Shown here piece after piece: positions 1-9,920 of a stretch of 64,000 bases of DNA. How positions within the stretch are numbered: position 1 is the first letter of the stretch; each line of letters starts with the position of its first letter. The notes below the pieces were generated by a model that ran no database searches, had not been told where the DNA came from, and was given only the letters and a program-made list of their open reading frames with translations. Source of the DNA: Candidatus Poribacteria bacterium (GTDB lineage: Bacteria > Poribacteria > WGA-4E > PCPOR2b); contig OZ244587.1 of assembly GCA_965218095.1 (NCBI GenBank), positions 3,488,001 to 3,552,000 on the forward strand, written 5' to 3'. A program made the position numbers and the translations under genes.

Positions 1-113
1 TCGCTCATCTCCGCAACACTCAGTCCTTGATATTCTGTCAGGATAATGACTTCCGAGTTTTGGAAATTTTCTCGAATGTTTTCCGTCTGTTGGATGTTTT
101 TCTGGTTAGGCAT
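1..113 (-). CDS. rplJ: 50S ribosomal protein L10, N-terminal part (runs off the window)
   Basis: Hand translation from ATG at 113: MPNQKNIQQTENIRENFQNSEVIILTEYQGLSVAEMS. It lies downstream of rplA and the L10 leader. Confidence 0.9.
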   Translation of the reverse strand, partial: MPNQKNIQQTENIRENFQNSEVIILTEYQGLSVAEMS

Positions 114-135
114 TTGATACCCCGTCTCTTCAGTA

Positions 136-258
136 ATACCGTTTCTGAATGAAAATGTCTCATTATAGTGGAAGGAAGGGAAGAAGGGAAGGATGGGTTT
201 GCTTCCCTTCTTCCCTTCCTTCCGAAACTAATGCGGAGTTATTATTCAGAATTGGTAT
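136..258. repeat. MITE-like palindromic element in the rplJ leader
   Basis: Terminal inverted repeats ATACCGTTTCTGAAT (136-150) / ATTCAGAATTGGTAT (244-258), plus an inner hairpin GGAAGGAAGGGAAGAAGGGAAG / CTTCCCTTCTTCCCTTCCTTCC. Confidence 0.6.
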
Positions 259-494
259 AAGTTAGATCATCGGCGGTTAGACGCCAAAAAAAAACCTCCA
301 AACCGAATTGGAGGCTTCACTTCCGAACTTCCTTAAATAACGACCGGCTTCCGTGAATTCCACGTCGCACATGGTTGTTGTACGGCGCACAAATAGAACC
401 GGTACAGTTCGACGTTGCGAAAGGAGAGGCAAATTTGAAGTGCCCCGCTTCCGCGGTTCTTTCATCGTATGAACTGTGGTAATAGAAAATCGGA

Positions 495-555
495 TATGCC
501 TCGGTAGGCTGAATATTTCATTTAAACAAAATTGCACCTACTGTCTACGACGACT
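495..555 (-). promoter_or_regulatory. L10 leader (ribosomal protein autoregulatory RNA)
   Basis: Minus strand reads CGTAGACAGTAGG...TTTAA...CCTACCGAGGC between rplA and rplJ, matching the L10_leader pattern. Confidence 0.8.
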
Positions 556-592
556 AAAATATGTTCAATTTATACACACATTCACTTCTGGA

Positions 593-1291
593 TTAGCCAA
601 ATTGCTGGGGCTCCAGGCGAATTCCAACACCCATCGTTGACGATACTGCAACACTCTTCAAATACCTTCCTTTGATGGAAGCCGGCCGGGCTTGCGTCAA
701 AGCCTCCATTATCACCTGGATGTTCTCTTTAATTTGATTATCATCAAATGAGACTTTGCCGACAGGAATATGAATAACTCCCGACTGCTTCTCGGCACGG
801 TACTCAATCTGACCGGCTTTAATACTGCGGACCGTTTCCGCCACATCCATTGTGACAGTCCCGGCTTTTGCATTGGGCATTAAGCCTCTCGGTCCGAGAA
901 TGCGCCCCAACTTCGGCATGATGGTCCGCATCAAATCAGGGGTTGCAACAGTTGCGTCAAAATCCAGCCAGCCATCAACAATCTTGTCGACGAGCTCATC
1001 AACTCCGACCTCATCAGCTCCAGCTTCTTCCGCTGCACGTGCTTTATCTCCCTGAGCGAAGACAATCACACGCATCTCCTTACCTGTGCCGTGAGGTAAG
1101 GAAATCGTTCCGCGAATATTCTGATCCGCGTGACGGGGATCGACACCAAGATGTACAGCCAAATCTACTGTTTCATTGAATTTTACTGACGAACCCTTTT
1201 TCAAAAACTGTACGCCTTCATCCAAATCGTAAAGCTTAAAACGATCGACAAGCTTTGCAGCCTCGCGGTATTTCTTTCCATTTTTTTTCAT
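593..1291 (-). CDS. rplA: 50S ribosomal protein L1
   Basis: KFNETVDLAVHLGVDPRHADQNIRG and LGRILGPRGLMPN motifs; synteny. Confidence 0.99.
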   Translation of the reverse strand: MKKNGKKYREAAKLVDRFKLYDLDEGVQFLKKGSSVKFNETVDLAVHLGVDPRHADQNIRGTISLPHGTGKEMRVIVFAQGDKARAAEEAGADEVGVDELVDKIVDGWLDFDATVATPDLMRTIMPKLGRILGPRGLMPNAKAGTVTMDVAETVRSIKAGQIEYRAEKQSGVIHIPVGKVSFDDNQIKENIQVIMEALTQARPASIKGRYLKSVAVSSTMGVGIRLEPQQFG

Positions 1292-1320
1292 TTTCTTAAC
1301 ATGAGCCTCCTCTTGAGTGA

Positions 1321-1746
1321 CTATCCACTGATAGTGATGCCCATACTCCGTGCAGTTCCGGCAACCATCCGCATCGCAGATTCCAGGCTCGTTGTATTGA
1401 GGTCCGGCAGCTTCGCCTGAGCGACTTCTTTAATCTGCTCCTCCGTTAAGGAGGCGACCTTATTTCGATTGGGCTCGCCAGATCCCTTTGCAAGCTTCGC
1501 CACCTGCTTCAACAACACCGCTGTCGGTGGCGATTTGACATCAAATGTGAACGACCGATCTGCGTAACAGGTGACAACGGTTGTCACCACCAATCCCTGT
1601 TGGTCCTGAGTTCGAGCGTTAAAAGACTTGATGAATTCTGGGATATTAATCATATAGGGGGCAAGGCTTGGACCAACAGGTGGATTTGGCGTTGCCTGCC
1701 CGGATACCAGTTGAAGTTTCACAACCCCGGCAACCTTTTTAGCCAT
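1321..1746 (-). CDS. rplK: 50S ribosomal protein L11
   Basis: MAKKV..VKLQL..GQATPNPPVGP and GTARSMGI motifs. Confidence 0.99.
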   Translation of the reverse strand: MAKKVAGVVKLQLVSGQATPNPPVGPSLAPYMINIPEFIKSFNARTQDQQGLVVTTVVTCYADRSFTFDVKSPPTAVLLKQVAKLAKGSGEPNRNKVASLTEEQIKEVAQAKLPDLNTTSLESAMRMVAGTARSMGITISG

Positions 1747-1803
1747 CTATATCTCCTTAAAATGAAGTGAATCTGCCTTTCTGAACCTTTGCTTTGCTTC
1801 AGA

Positions 1804-2349
1804 CTAAATCTTTTCCACTTGGAAATACTCAAGTTCAATTGGCGTAGATCTCCCAAAAATAGAAATGGTCAGATGTAATCGCTGTTTATCTTCGTCAATG
1901 CCGTTAATCTCGGCAGGAAACTCATTAAATGGGCCATCAATCACCCGTACCTTATCTCCGATTGCAAAATCTATCGTTAGAGGCACCTTCTTCTTCTCCT
2001 CACCCGTTGAAAGATTCAGGATATTCTGAACATCTTCTTCGCCGAGGGGAGCAACGACATCCATAACACTGGGGGTATCCTGGATGAGATACCAGCTTTT
2101 CTGACTCGCCTCATCTGAGGCATCAGCGCGAAGTTCGTGTGCGGTTTGAACGAGGATGTATCCCGGGTAGGATGGGCGTTCAAATGTCCGCTTTTTGCCA
2201 TTTTTGATTTCAACAATCTCTTTGATCGGAACAACGACCTGGAGGACCTCCTCCTCTAACCGCATTGCTCGCACCCGCTGCTCCAGGTTCACTTTTACCT
2301 TCTTTTCATGCCCAGAATAGATATGGAGAATATACCAGAAACCGTCCAT
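1804..2349 (-). CDS. nusG: Transcription termination/antitermination factor NusG
   Basis: WYILHIYSGHEKKVK, YPGYILV and a KOW domain (GDKVRVIDGPF...IFGRSTPIEL). Confidence 0.97.
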   Translation of the reverse strand: MDGFWYILHIYSGHEKKVKVNLEQRVRAMRLEEEVLQVVVPIKEIVEIKNGKKRTFERPSYPGYILVQTAHELRADASDEASQKSWYLIQDTPSVMDVVAPLGEEDVQNILNLSTGEEKKKVPLTIDFAIGDKVRVIDGPFNEFPAEINGIDEDKQRLHLTISIFGRSTPIELEYFQVEKI

Positions 2350-2391
2350 AAATTCCCCCAAATTTCAGATAAGTTGGCGCTAAAATACGAA

Positions 2392-2769
2392 TTAGCCTGT
2401 CCGAATAAATAAACTGCGTAAAAAAGCCAGCCCGAAACCTTTAATTGGGTAGCCAAGGACAAAATGAGAAAAAAGGACAATTATTAATGGAATCAGCGCG
2501 ATTGGAATTGCGATTTTCCATTTTGGCGTAAACCGCTTTGCGATCAAGGGCACACACACAACGATGCCAACGAGCAAGATTATTCCATGTATAGAGACCC
2601 AGCCGGGATATACTGTGTTTCCGTCAACAAGCCAGAGGAAAATCCCCAGGATTGCACATGCCACAATCACGACAAGTGTATTGCCCTGGACATCCTTCCG
2701 TTTTGGCTTGGACACCTTGCCCCATTCAAGCTGAATGTCTCGAAGGAATTTTTTAATACGTGCTATCAT
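2392..2769 (-). CDS. secE: Preprotein translocase subunit SecE, extended form
   Basis: KFLRDIQLEWGKVSKP...TLVVIV...FLWLVD; located between tRNA-Trp and nusG. Confidence 0.88.
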   Translation of the reverse strand: MIARIKKFLRDIQLEWGKVSKPKRKDVQGNTLVVIVACAILGIFLWLVDGNTVYPGWVSIHGIILLVGIVVCVPLIAKRFTPKWKIAIPIALIPLIIVLFSHFVLGYPIKGFGLAFLRSLFIRTG

Positions 2770-2791
2770 AGGTCATTGAAAATAAAAAAGG

Positions 2792-2865
2792 CAGGCCAGG
2801 AGGGATTCGAACCCCCAACATTCGGTTTTGGAGACCGACGCTCTAGCCGTTAGAGCTACTGGCCT
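2792..2865 (-). tRNA. tRNA-Trp(CCA)
   Basis: Cloverleaf AGGCCAGTAGCTCTAACGGCTAGAGCGTCGGTCT-CCA-AAACCGA...GGTTCGAATCC...CTGGCCTG. Confidence 0.97.
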
Positions 2866-2888
2866 GCAAGAAAAAATTCATTGAAACG

Positions 2889-3041
2889 CTATCGGATTTC
2901 TTTGTGGAGTGTGTGCTTACGGCAATGACGACAATATTTCTTCAGCTCATAACGCCCTTGCTGCGTTCTTCTATTTCTTGTCGTGATATAATTCCGCTGT
3001 TTGCAGTCATCACACGCCAACGTCACCGCATCTCTCGGCAT
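2889..3041 (-). CDS. rpmG: 50S ribosomal protein L33, Zn-binding type (absent from the ORF track)
   Basis: Hand translation [50 protein letters not shown], with two CxxC pairs. Confidence 0.97.
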   Translation of the reverse strand: MPRDAVTLACDDCKQRNYITTRNRRTQQGRYELKKYCRHCRKHTLHKEIR

Positions 3042-3091
3042 AATATCCACTCAAACAATCTGGTTTCACTTCAAACGAATCAAAAACGAGA

Positions 3092-3167
<76 letters not shown>

Positions 3168-3204
3168 ATAACCGTCGGCCGCAAAGTTGAAACCCAAACC
3201 ATTA

Positions 3205-3277
3205 GGCGGGAGACGGGACTTGAACCCGCGACAATTGGCTTGGAAGGCCAATGCTCTACCAACTGAGCTACTCCCGC
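3205..3277 (-). tRNA. tRNA-Gly(TCC)
   Basis: GCGGGAGTAGCTCAGTTGGTAGAGCATTGGCCT-TCC-AAGCCAA...GGTTCAAGTCCCGTCTCCCGC. Confidence 0.96.
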
Positions 3278-3307
3278 GTTTTACCATGCAGCCAGTCAAC
3301 CGAATGA

Positions 3308-3389
3308 TGGGGGGAGAAGGATTCGAACCTCCGCAGGCAGAGCCAACAGATTTACAGTCTGCTCCCGTTGACCGCTTGGGTATCCCCCC
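3308..3389 (-). tRNA. tRNA-Tyr(GTA)
   Basis: GGGGGGATACCCAAGCGGTCAACGGGAGCAGACT-GTA-AATCTG, long variable arm, GGTTCGAATCC. Confidence 0.97.
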
Positions 3390-3408
3390 ACTTTGTGGGC
3401 GATGCGGA

Positions 3409-3481
3409 AGCTGGCGAGAGGACTTGAACCCCCGACTAAGTGATTACAAATCACTCGCTCTACCAACTGAGCTACGCCAGC
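3409..3481 (-). tRNA. tRNA-Thr(TGT)
   Basis: GCTGGCGTAGCTCAGTTGGTAGAGCGAGTGATT-TGT-AATCACT...GGTTCAAGTCC. Confidence 0.97.
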
Positions 3482-3495
3482 AAACGCAGAGGTGA

Positions 3496-3524
3496 ATTAT
3501 ACATGCCAGCCCTTAATTTGTCAA
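3496..3524 (-). promoter_or_regulatory. sigma70 promoter of the tRNA/ribosomal cluster
   Basis: Perfect TTGACA-N17-TATAAT just upstream of tRNA-Thr(TGT). Confidence 0.9.
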
Positions 3525-3643
3525 GCAGAAATTTACAATCGTAGAAATTCTCCATGACGGAGGCGAGCATGCCAAGATGAACGTCTTCCGCATAACGACA
3601 GATACCCCTAAAATTTCTGCATTGACACCGATCAAATTTCCGC

Positions 3644-3673
3644 TTGACTTGGGGTGTTTATACGGCATATAAT
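3644..3673 (+). promoter_or_regulatory. sigma70 promoter of the oxidoreductase genes
   Basis: TTGACT-N18-TATAAT upstream of AGGAGG and ATG 3754. Confidence 0.65.
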
Positions 3674-3753
3674 TCGTAAAGTACGAAATGCACTGCAACA
3701 GACTGAGATGGTAGCACCCACGGATGCGATTGTCCAGCAAACAAGGAGGCGAT

Positions 3754-4833
3754 ATGAACAACGCATCTTGTCCCCTGCGTGTCGGGGTCGTCGGCTGCGG
3801 CTCTTTTGGACGCAACGCCTACGCGCGCAATGTCGTTGATAGTCCCGACACCTATCTCATTGCCCTGTGCGATGTGGACCGAGAGCGTGCCGAAGCGGTG
3901 GGTCGCGAATTCTTCGATGATCAAAATCTCAAACCGTGCCCGACAATTTACACAGATTATAAAGAGATGATTAATCAACAATCTCTTGATGTTGTCATGG
4001 TCGGCACGATGGCAGATGTTCGTCCGCGTGTGACTGTCGCTGCGCTTCACAGTGGTGCCCACGTCCTGGCTGCCAAACCGATGGCACCATCTCTGGCTGA
4101 AGCCGAAGAAATGCTTCAGGCGGCGGAGCGAACAGATCGAATTCTGATGGTTGGCTACAACTTCCGCTTCCGTGAGGATGCTCAGGCTGTGCACCGCTTT
4201 ATCCGCAGCGGTGGGGTGGGGACGCCACGCTTTGGACGCGCCTGGATTCACGTGGGCGGTGTTCCGGTATGGGGCCCACACTACATCAAGTCTCGGTCAG
4301 GGGGCGGCTCGCTCGCTAGTACCGGGGTTCATACGCTTGATCTGGGTGTCTGGTTCCTCGGCAATCCACCCCTTCTCTCTGTAGAAGGGCAAGCGAGTTC
4401 ACGTTTTGCCGACCTCCCCTCCCTGCCCACTGAATTGGAAGCCGTTCGAGACGCCTACGATGCCGAGGATCTTGTGACTGGCTACATCCGCTTTGCCGAC
4501 GATGTGACTTTGTCGGTTGAGAGCATGTGGCTGGCGCCCCTTCAGATCAGCGATAATGGCATTGATGTGTGGGGGACCATGGGCTACGCTTCGTTGTCGC
4601 CGTTGCGGTTGTTGACCTGGGAGGATGGCGATTATGTTGATTAGACAGAAAAAGTGGCGCCTGGCCTCGCCGGTTCATTCCGCGATGATGCACGGCGGCG
4701 CACACGGCAAGAGGTGCTCCACTTTATCGATTGCGTCCTTGGCCGGGGGGCGCCCATGATCACGCCGCAGGAGATGTGGACAGATTAGGCAATTATTGAT
4801 GGCATTTATGGCAGGGGGCGAAAGTTTTGGTAG
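3754..4833 (+). pseudogene. Gfo/Idh/MocA oxidoreductase interrupted by two in-frame TAG codons
   Basis: RVGVVGCGSFG Rossmann motif, HVLAAKPMA, GGGSLASTGVHTLD. The frame continues past TAG 4642-4644 (TEKVAPG...EVLHFIDCVLGR...ITPQEMWTD) and TAG 4786-4788 (AIIDGIY). Confidence 0.75.
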
Positions 4834-4890
4834 CACTCCACTAAAAATGGAAAAGGGAGAGATTTTTGTCAATTGGTTAGGATAGCCCAA

Positions 4891-5679
4891 ATGAGAATTC
4901 AAGAAATGTTTGAACTGCATGGTCATGTCGCAATTGTTACTGGTGGTGGGACTCACCTCGGGCGGGCGATGGCGACCACGCTCGGCGAATTGGGGACTGA
5001 CGTTATCATTGCCAGTCGCCGCAAATCCCTGTGTGGACAAGTTGCAGCTAAGATGCGGGAAGCAGGCATCAAATGTAGGGGCTTCGGTTGTGACGTAACC
5101 GACGAAGAGCAGGTCAACGCCCTGGTGGAGAGCACCGTCAAGATGCACGGGCAGTTGGACATCATGGTGTGCAACGCAGGTGGCTCTGCGACGACGACTT
5201 ACCTTCCCACCGCCTCGGTTGACGAGTTCATGCGCACATGGGAGATGAATGTCAAGAGCACCTATATGTGCGCGCAAGCCGCAGCCCGCGTGATGATTCC
5301 CCGACGCAGCGGCAAGATAATCACCCTCGGTTCCATCCACGGCTTCCTGACCGCTGACAAGCGCCTTTATAAGGATCTGAATTTCCACCGTTCGGGTCCC
5401 CCGTACCAGGCCGCGAAGGGCGGGATAGTGAACTTGACGCGGGCGCTGGCAGCCGAGCTTGGCGAGTATGGCATCACCGTCAACTGTATCAGCCCGGGAC
5501 AAATTCCGAAATCAACGACAGATCCGGAAATGGCGGAACGTTGCCGTCTGAGTAACCCGCTTGAACGAACAGGAACAGCAGATGACATCAAGGGTGCCAT
5601 CGCCCTCCTGGCATCTCGCGCCGGAGACTGGATCACCGGACACAACTTGGTGGTAGATGGCGGCTGGAGTATCTGGTGA
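4891..5679 (+). CDS. SDR family oxidoreductase
   Basis: VAIVTGGGTHLG, CNAG, YQAAK catalytic motif, ITGHNLVVDGG. Confidence 0.95.
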   Translation: MRIQEMFELHGHVAIVTGGGTHLGRAMATTLGELGTDVIIASRRKSLCGQVAAKMREAGIKCRGFGCDVTDEEQVNALVESTVKMHGQLDIMVCNAGGSATTTYLPTASVDEFMRTWEMNVKSTYMCAQAAARVMIPRRSGKIITLGSIHGFLTADKRLYKDLNFHRSGPPYQAAKGGIVNLTRALAAELGEYGITVNCISPGQIPKSTTDPEMAERCRLSNPLERTGTADDIKGAIALLASRAGDWITGHNLVVDGGWSIW

Positions 5680-5837
5680 GCACCAGGGCGGGTAAGCGGA
5701 TGGACCTCTGGGGAATAAGACAACATATCGATTTTTATAGGGTTTGGAGACCTCAGACCTGACAGATTTCAAAAAATTGTCGGGTCTACCACCCCTATAT
5801 GTACAGACTTATGAAATGCACTACTGAGGAGCAAAAT

Positions 5838-6584
5838 ATGAAAATTAGTCAAGACGCTTACAATCATTACTGGAAAAAAGGCTGGGTCGTTATTGAAGGG
5901 GTTTATGGCACCGAAGAAGTCGATCGGATTGCACAGATCGCGATTGAGGTGAGCGATGCAGAAATGAAGGGGGATAGGCCAAGTTGCGCGGTTGATCGAG
6001 CAGAGGACGGCACAATCGGGCCGCGGAAAATCGATCGCCCTTTCTTTAAGGCACGTGCTTTTCAATCTTTCGTGCTCGACCTCCGTTTGTTGCGCATCAT
6101 CGCTGATTTCACTGGTGTGAAGCCGCTGCTGGTCGGCGATCAGATTTTTATGAAACCGCCGCACTTCGGCAGCGCCAAGCCATATCACCAGGACAACTAT
6201 TACTTCAAATGCGAGCCGGCTGACCACGTAATCACTGCGTGGATTGCAATGGACGATGTAGACGAGGCCAATGGTTGCCTCCGCTATATCGAAGGGTCAC
6301 ACAAGGGCCCGGTCGTGCCACACGAAACGCCAGACCCCGACGAGCCATACAACCTTGTGCCTCCACCCGAACTCATTGATTTATCGAAAGAAGCATTGGC
6401 ACAGGTAAACAAGGGGGGCGTCGTCTTTCACCACAGCAAAGCGTTGCATACGTCACATCGTAACGAATCAGACCGTTGGCGGCGGGGTTACGCTACGCAT
6501 TGGGCTAGCTCCCAAACCACGTCGGAAAACGATACCATCAAGAACGCTTACTTTAACCACGACGATTTTCCGGCGAGCATTTAG
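5838..6584 (+). CDS. Phytanoyl-CoA dioxygenase (PhyH) family protein
   Basis: HQD, WIAMDD, NGCL..IEGSHK, distal H (LHTS) and N.S...RR motifs. Confidence 0.93.
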   Translation: MKISQDAYNHYWKKGWVVIEGVYGTEEVDRIAQIAIEVSDAEMKGDRPSCAVDRAEDGTIGPRKIDRPFFKARAFQSFVLDLRLLRIIADFTGVKPLLVGDQIFMKPPHFGSAKPYHQDNYYFKCEPADHVITAWIAMDDVDEANGCLRYIEGSHKGPVVPHETPDPDEPYNLVPPPELIDLSKEALAQVNKGGVVFHHSKALHTSHRNESDRWRRGYATHWASSQTTSENDTIKNAYFNHDDFPASI

Positions 6585-6715
6585 CAATTCATTACAGGGG
6601 GTCAGCTATGTATCGAACGATTGCTCACCAGATTTTCAATGGGCTTACGTAGAAGCATGAGGCGTCCATTTTTCTACGTTGATATACCAATTTCCTAGAA
6701 ATCGGAGGCAAAACT

Positions 6716-7828
6716 GTGGACAAAAGATATCTGATTCGAGATGCAAGCCAAATCCCGAGCCCGTCGCTGGTTGTCTATTTGGACCTGGTTCAAAAGAACA
6801 TTGAGCGGATGATTGCCCTCGCGGACGGTGATATGTCGAAACTGCGCCCGCATGTGAAAACGCACAAAACCGCCGAGATTATCGGCCTGGAGCAGGAAGC
6901 CGGCATCACAAAACACAAGTGCGCGACATTGCGCGAAGCCAAAATGATAGCCGAAACGGGTGCAACGGACATCCTGATCGCCTATCAGATGGTCGGTCCC
7001 AACCTTGATCGGTTGGTCGAACTCAAACGGCGTTTCCCCGATGTCGATTTCAAGGTCATCGTCGATCACCCGGACAGTGTAGAGTGGCTTTCGCAGGCGA
7101 TGGCGAAAAACGGCATGACTATCAAGACGATGCTAGACCTTGACGCGGGGATGCACCGCACGGGAATTGCCCCTGGCGATGCCGCCGTTGATTTATACGC
7201 GCAAATAGATCACGCCGAAGGTTTGGTTCCATGGGGGCTGCACGTCTACGATGGGCATATCCACGACGAGGATTTAGAAGAGCGTCGGAAATCTTGCGAT
7301 CAGAGTCTGACGCTTGTTGCGGAGTTGAAGGAACGATTGGCAGCCAAAGGGCTTGATGTGCCATTGGTGGTGATGGGTGCGACGCCGACGTTCCCAATTT
7401 ATGCGAAAACGCCGGACGTTGAAGCCTCGCCAGGAACTTTTATCTTCTTCGATTTTGGGTATTCAACCCGCTATCCCGACCTCGGATTTACGCACGCCGC
7501 GCTGCTCTTGACCCGCGTTATCAGTATGCCAACGGCGGATCAGATTACCTTAGATCTCGGGTACAAAGCCATCGCTGCAGACCCACAGGGCGTACGGGGT
7601 AGGGTTTTGAGCATTGAAGGGGCGGAGGTTGACCACCAAAATGAGGAACACTGGATTGTGAAAATCCCCAAAGGCACAGAAGTCAAACTGGGACAGGAGG
7701 TCTACGTGTGTCCAACCCACGTCTGTCCGTCCGTTGCCTTACATCATTCATATTACATTATTGACCGGGATGGTGATTGTATCGACACCTGGCGAGTCAC
7801 TGCGCGAAACCGCGATCTTGATGCGTGA
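6716..7828 (+). CDS. D-threonine aldolase / DSD1-like PLP enzyme (alanine racemase fold)
   Basis: LRPHVKTHK PLP lysine, GMHRTG, YDGH, EEH and PTHVC motifs. Confidence 0.9.
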   Translation: MDKRYLIRDASQIPSPSLVVYLDLVQKNIERMIALADGDMSKLRPHVKTHKTAEIIGLEQEAGITKHKCATLREAKMIAETGATDILIAYQMVGPNLDRLVELKRRFPDVDFKVIVDHPDSVEWLSQAMAKNGMTIKTMLDLDAGMHRTGIAPGDAAVDLYAQIDHAEGLVPWGLHVYDGHIHDEDLEERRKSCDQSLTLVAELKERLAAKGLDVPLVVMGATPTFPIYAKTPDVEASPGTFIFFDFGYSTRYPDLGFTHAALLLTRVISMPTADQITLDLGYKAIAADPQGVRGRVLSIEGAEVDHQNEEHWIVKIPKGTEVKLGQEVYVCPTHVCPSVALHHSYYIIDRDGDCIDTWRVTARNRDLDA

Positions 7829-7829
7829 T

Positions 7830-8096
7830 GCGCGGATAAAGAAATACGCCCCCGCAAAGCAGCGTCCGATGGAAGTCGGCGACAAGCGATTCAACGTACC
7901 GAAGACTGTATCCACCTGCCTCATCGGACCTGACCCATTCGAGATACCGCTGTGTCGCTTCGGGGAAGGTTGGGTAGTAAGTAGACTTCGTTTTACCCTT
8001 CTCCGGCATGCGCACGTTCTCCTGTGTCAGCACATACGCCCCAATCGATGGATCGAGCGTGAATATGTGGACACTGTCCCCGGATGTATAGACCAT
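7830..8096 (-). pseudogene. Internal fragment of class 1 fructose-1,6-bisphosphatase
   Basis: FTLDPSIG...SLRYV.SLVADFHRTLL.GGVFLYP is FBPase I-like; both termini are missing. Confidence 0.8.
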
Positions 8097-8159
8097 GGCT
8101 GTGCTGCTGGATTGTCACGGGTGATACATTTGCCGTGGTGTATGCTCCTTTCGCAAATT

Positions 8160-8933
8160 TCATAACGTTTTGCCACTTGCCCCCCGAAACTTCAGAGACA
8201 ATAAAACAAGGATGATCGAGTTAAACAGAAGCAAGGTTGAGATGGCGTTAATCTCCGGTGTGATGCCAAATTTCAGCATGGAATAGACCCGCACAGGCAA
8301 TGTCGTATACCCAACGCCCGCGGTGAAGAACGTAATCACAAAATCGTCAATCGAAAGCGTAAATGCTAACAACGCACCGCCAATCACGCCCGGTGCGATC
8401 AATGGCAAGGTAATCTGCCAGAACGTCCGCCATCTGTTTGCGCCGAGATCTAAGGCGGATTCCTCCAAAGATTGATCGAACCCTCTGAGTCTTGCGCGGA
8501 CAACGATGGTGACATAAGAGATATTGAACGCAACATGGGCAATGATAATTGACACGATACCGAGTGGAAGACGCACCCGGTTGTAGAACATTAAGAGCGC
8601 GATTGCCATCACGATGTCCGGGACAATTATCGGGAGATAAACGACCCTTGCGAAGATCAGGCTTAACAGAAAGCGGTATCTTTCAATCGCTAGTGCCGCC
8701 ATCGTGCCGATGATTGCTGCGACGATGGTTGAACTCCCTGCAACAATAATGCTCGTGAGACAGGCGTCCCATAGATCTCGGTTCTGAAACAACTTCCCAT
8801 ACCAACTTAGCGTGAAGCCTCCCCAAACAGCGGTTTGCTGAGAGGCGTTGAATGAGAAAACGATCAGCGTCAAGATCGGGGCGTAAAGAAACAGGAAGAT
8901 CAATAAGGTGTTGAGTTCGAGTAGTCGTTTCAT
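8160..8933 (-). CDS. potC: Spermidine/putrescine ABC permease, PotC-like
   Basis: FLYAPI...FSFN, EAA loop LEESALDLGA, FTLSIDDF, PEINAIST. Confidence 0.9.
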   Translation of the reverse strand: MKRLLELNTLLIFLFLYAPILTLIVFSFNASQQTAVWGGFTLSWYGKLFQNRDLWDACLTSIIVAGSSTIVAAIIGTMAALAIERYRFLLSLIFARVVYLPIIVPDIVMAIALLMFYNRVRLPLGIVSIIIAHVAFNISYVTIVVRARLRGFDQSLEESALDLGANRWRTFWQITLPLIAPGVIGGALLAFTLSIDDFVITFFTAGVGYTTLPVRVYSMLKFGITPEINAISTLLLFNSIILVLLSLKFRGASGKTL

Positions 8934-9041
8934 AATGCGTGAAACGTAATGCGTGTTGCGTGTTGTCGAACCTCTGAACTAATGAACCTCTGAACCCATT
9001 TCCGCATTCCCTCGTTTCCCCCATATCTTCTTCCCCTCCTC

Positions 9042-9920
9042 CTACATTTCCTCCTCCCCCTGCAAGATACGGAAGTAGATCACTGTTGCGACAAGGACGA
9101 TGCCCATCAGCAGAAAAGAGAGCGCGGAGCCAAAGGGCCAATCGCGTGCCGTTTTGAATTGGCGCTCGACCACATTGCCGATGTAATCGACCTTTCCGCC
9201 ACCGAGAAGATCCGGTGTGATGAATGCGCCAACTGTCGGGATGAAAACTAACACCGAGCCCGCGGCGATACCAGGGAAGCTTAAAGGCAGCGTTATATTC
9301 AGGAACGCCTTCCAGTGGCTCGCCCCGAGATCTTTTGCCGCATCAATCAGCGAGGAGTCTAGCTTTTCCAGTGAGGCATACAACGGCAAGATCATAAACG
9401 GCAGATAGCCGTAAATCAGCCCAATCTGAACTGCGGTCGGGGTGTTCAGAAGTTCGATTGGCGGAGCATTTGGCAAGAACCACGCCAAGATGGTATTCAA
9501 CACCCCTTCTGTCCGCAAGATCAAGATCCAAGCGTAAGTCCGAATGAGGAAATTCGTCCAAAACGGGATGACAACCAGCAACAACAGAAGGTTGCGCCAC
9601 CGATATTGATGTCGCACGAGGTAGTAGGCAAATGGATAGCCAATCAGCAGGCAGACCGCTGTTGAGATCATGCCTGTCGAGATTGATCTCCAGAGAATGC
9701 TGAGGTAGAGCGGATCGAGTAACCGCTGATAATTTTGCAGCGTAAAAAACCACCGAACCCCACCGTAAGTGCCGCGCTGTGCAAAACTATAGACGAAAAT
9801 AGATCCAATCGGGATGAGAAAAAAACATGTTAACCAAAAGAGAGCTGGGAAAAGAAGGATGACACCTTGAAGGTTGGAATGTTCTCGGAAGGATTGGAGG
9901 AGTTTGGAAATGTAGTTCAT
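9042..9920 (-). CDS. potB: Spermidine/putrescine ABC permease, PotB-like
   Basis: IPFWTNFLIRTYAW, YLPFMILPLY, AAKDLGA, RDWPFGSA. Confidence 0.92.
   Translation of the reverse strand: MNYISKLLQSFREHSNLQGVILLFPALFWLTCFFLIPIGSIFVYSFAQRGTYGGVRWFFTLQNYQRLLDPLYLSILWRSISTGMISTAVCLLIGYPFAYYLVRHQYRWRNLLLLLVVIPFWTNFLIRTYAWILILRTEGVLNTILAWFLPNAPPIELLNTPTAVQIGLIYGYLPFMILPLYASLEKLDSSLIDAAKDLGASHWKAFLNITLPLSFPGIAAGSVLVFIPTVGAFITPDLLGGGKVDYIGNVVERQFKTARDWPFGSALSFLLMGIVLVATVIYFRILQGEEEM

Noticed and set aside
3658-5502. Long antisense ORFs (3658-4281, 4675-5502; likewise 10261-10944 and 49280-50125)
   Set aside because: They are shadows of well-supported genes on the opposite strand.
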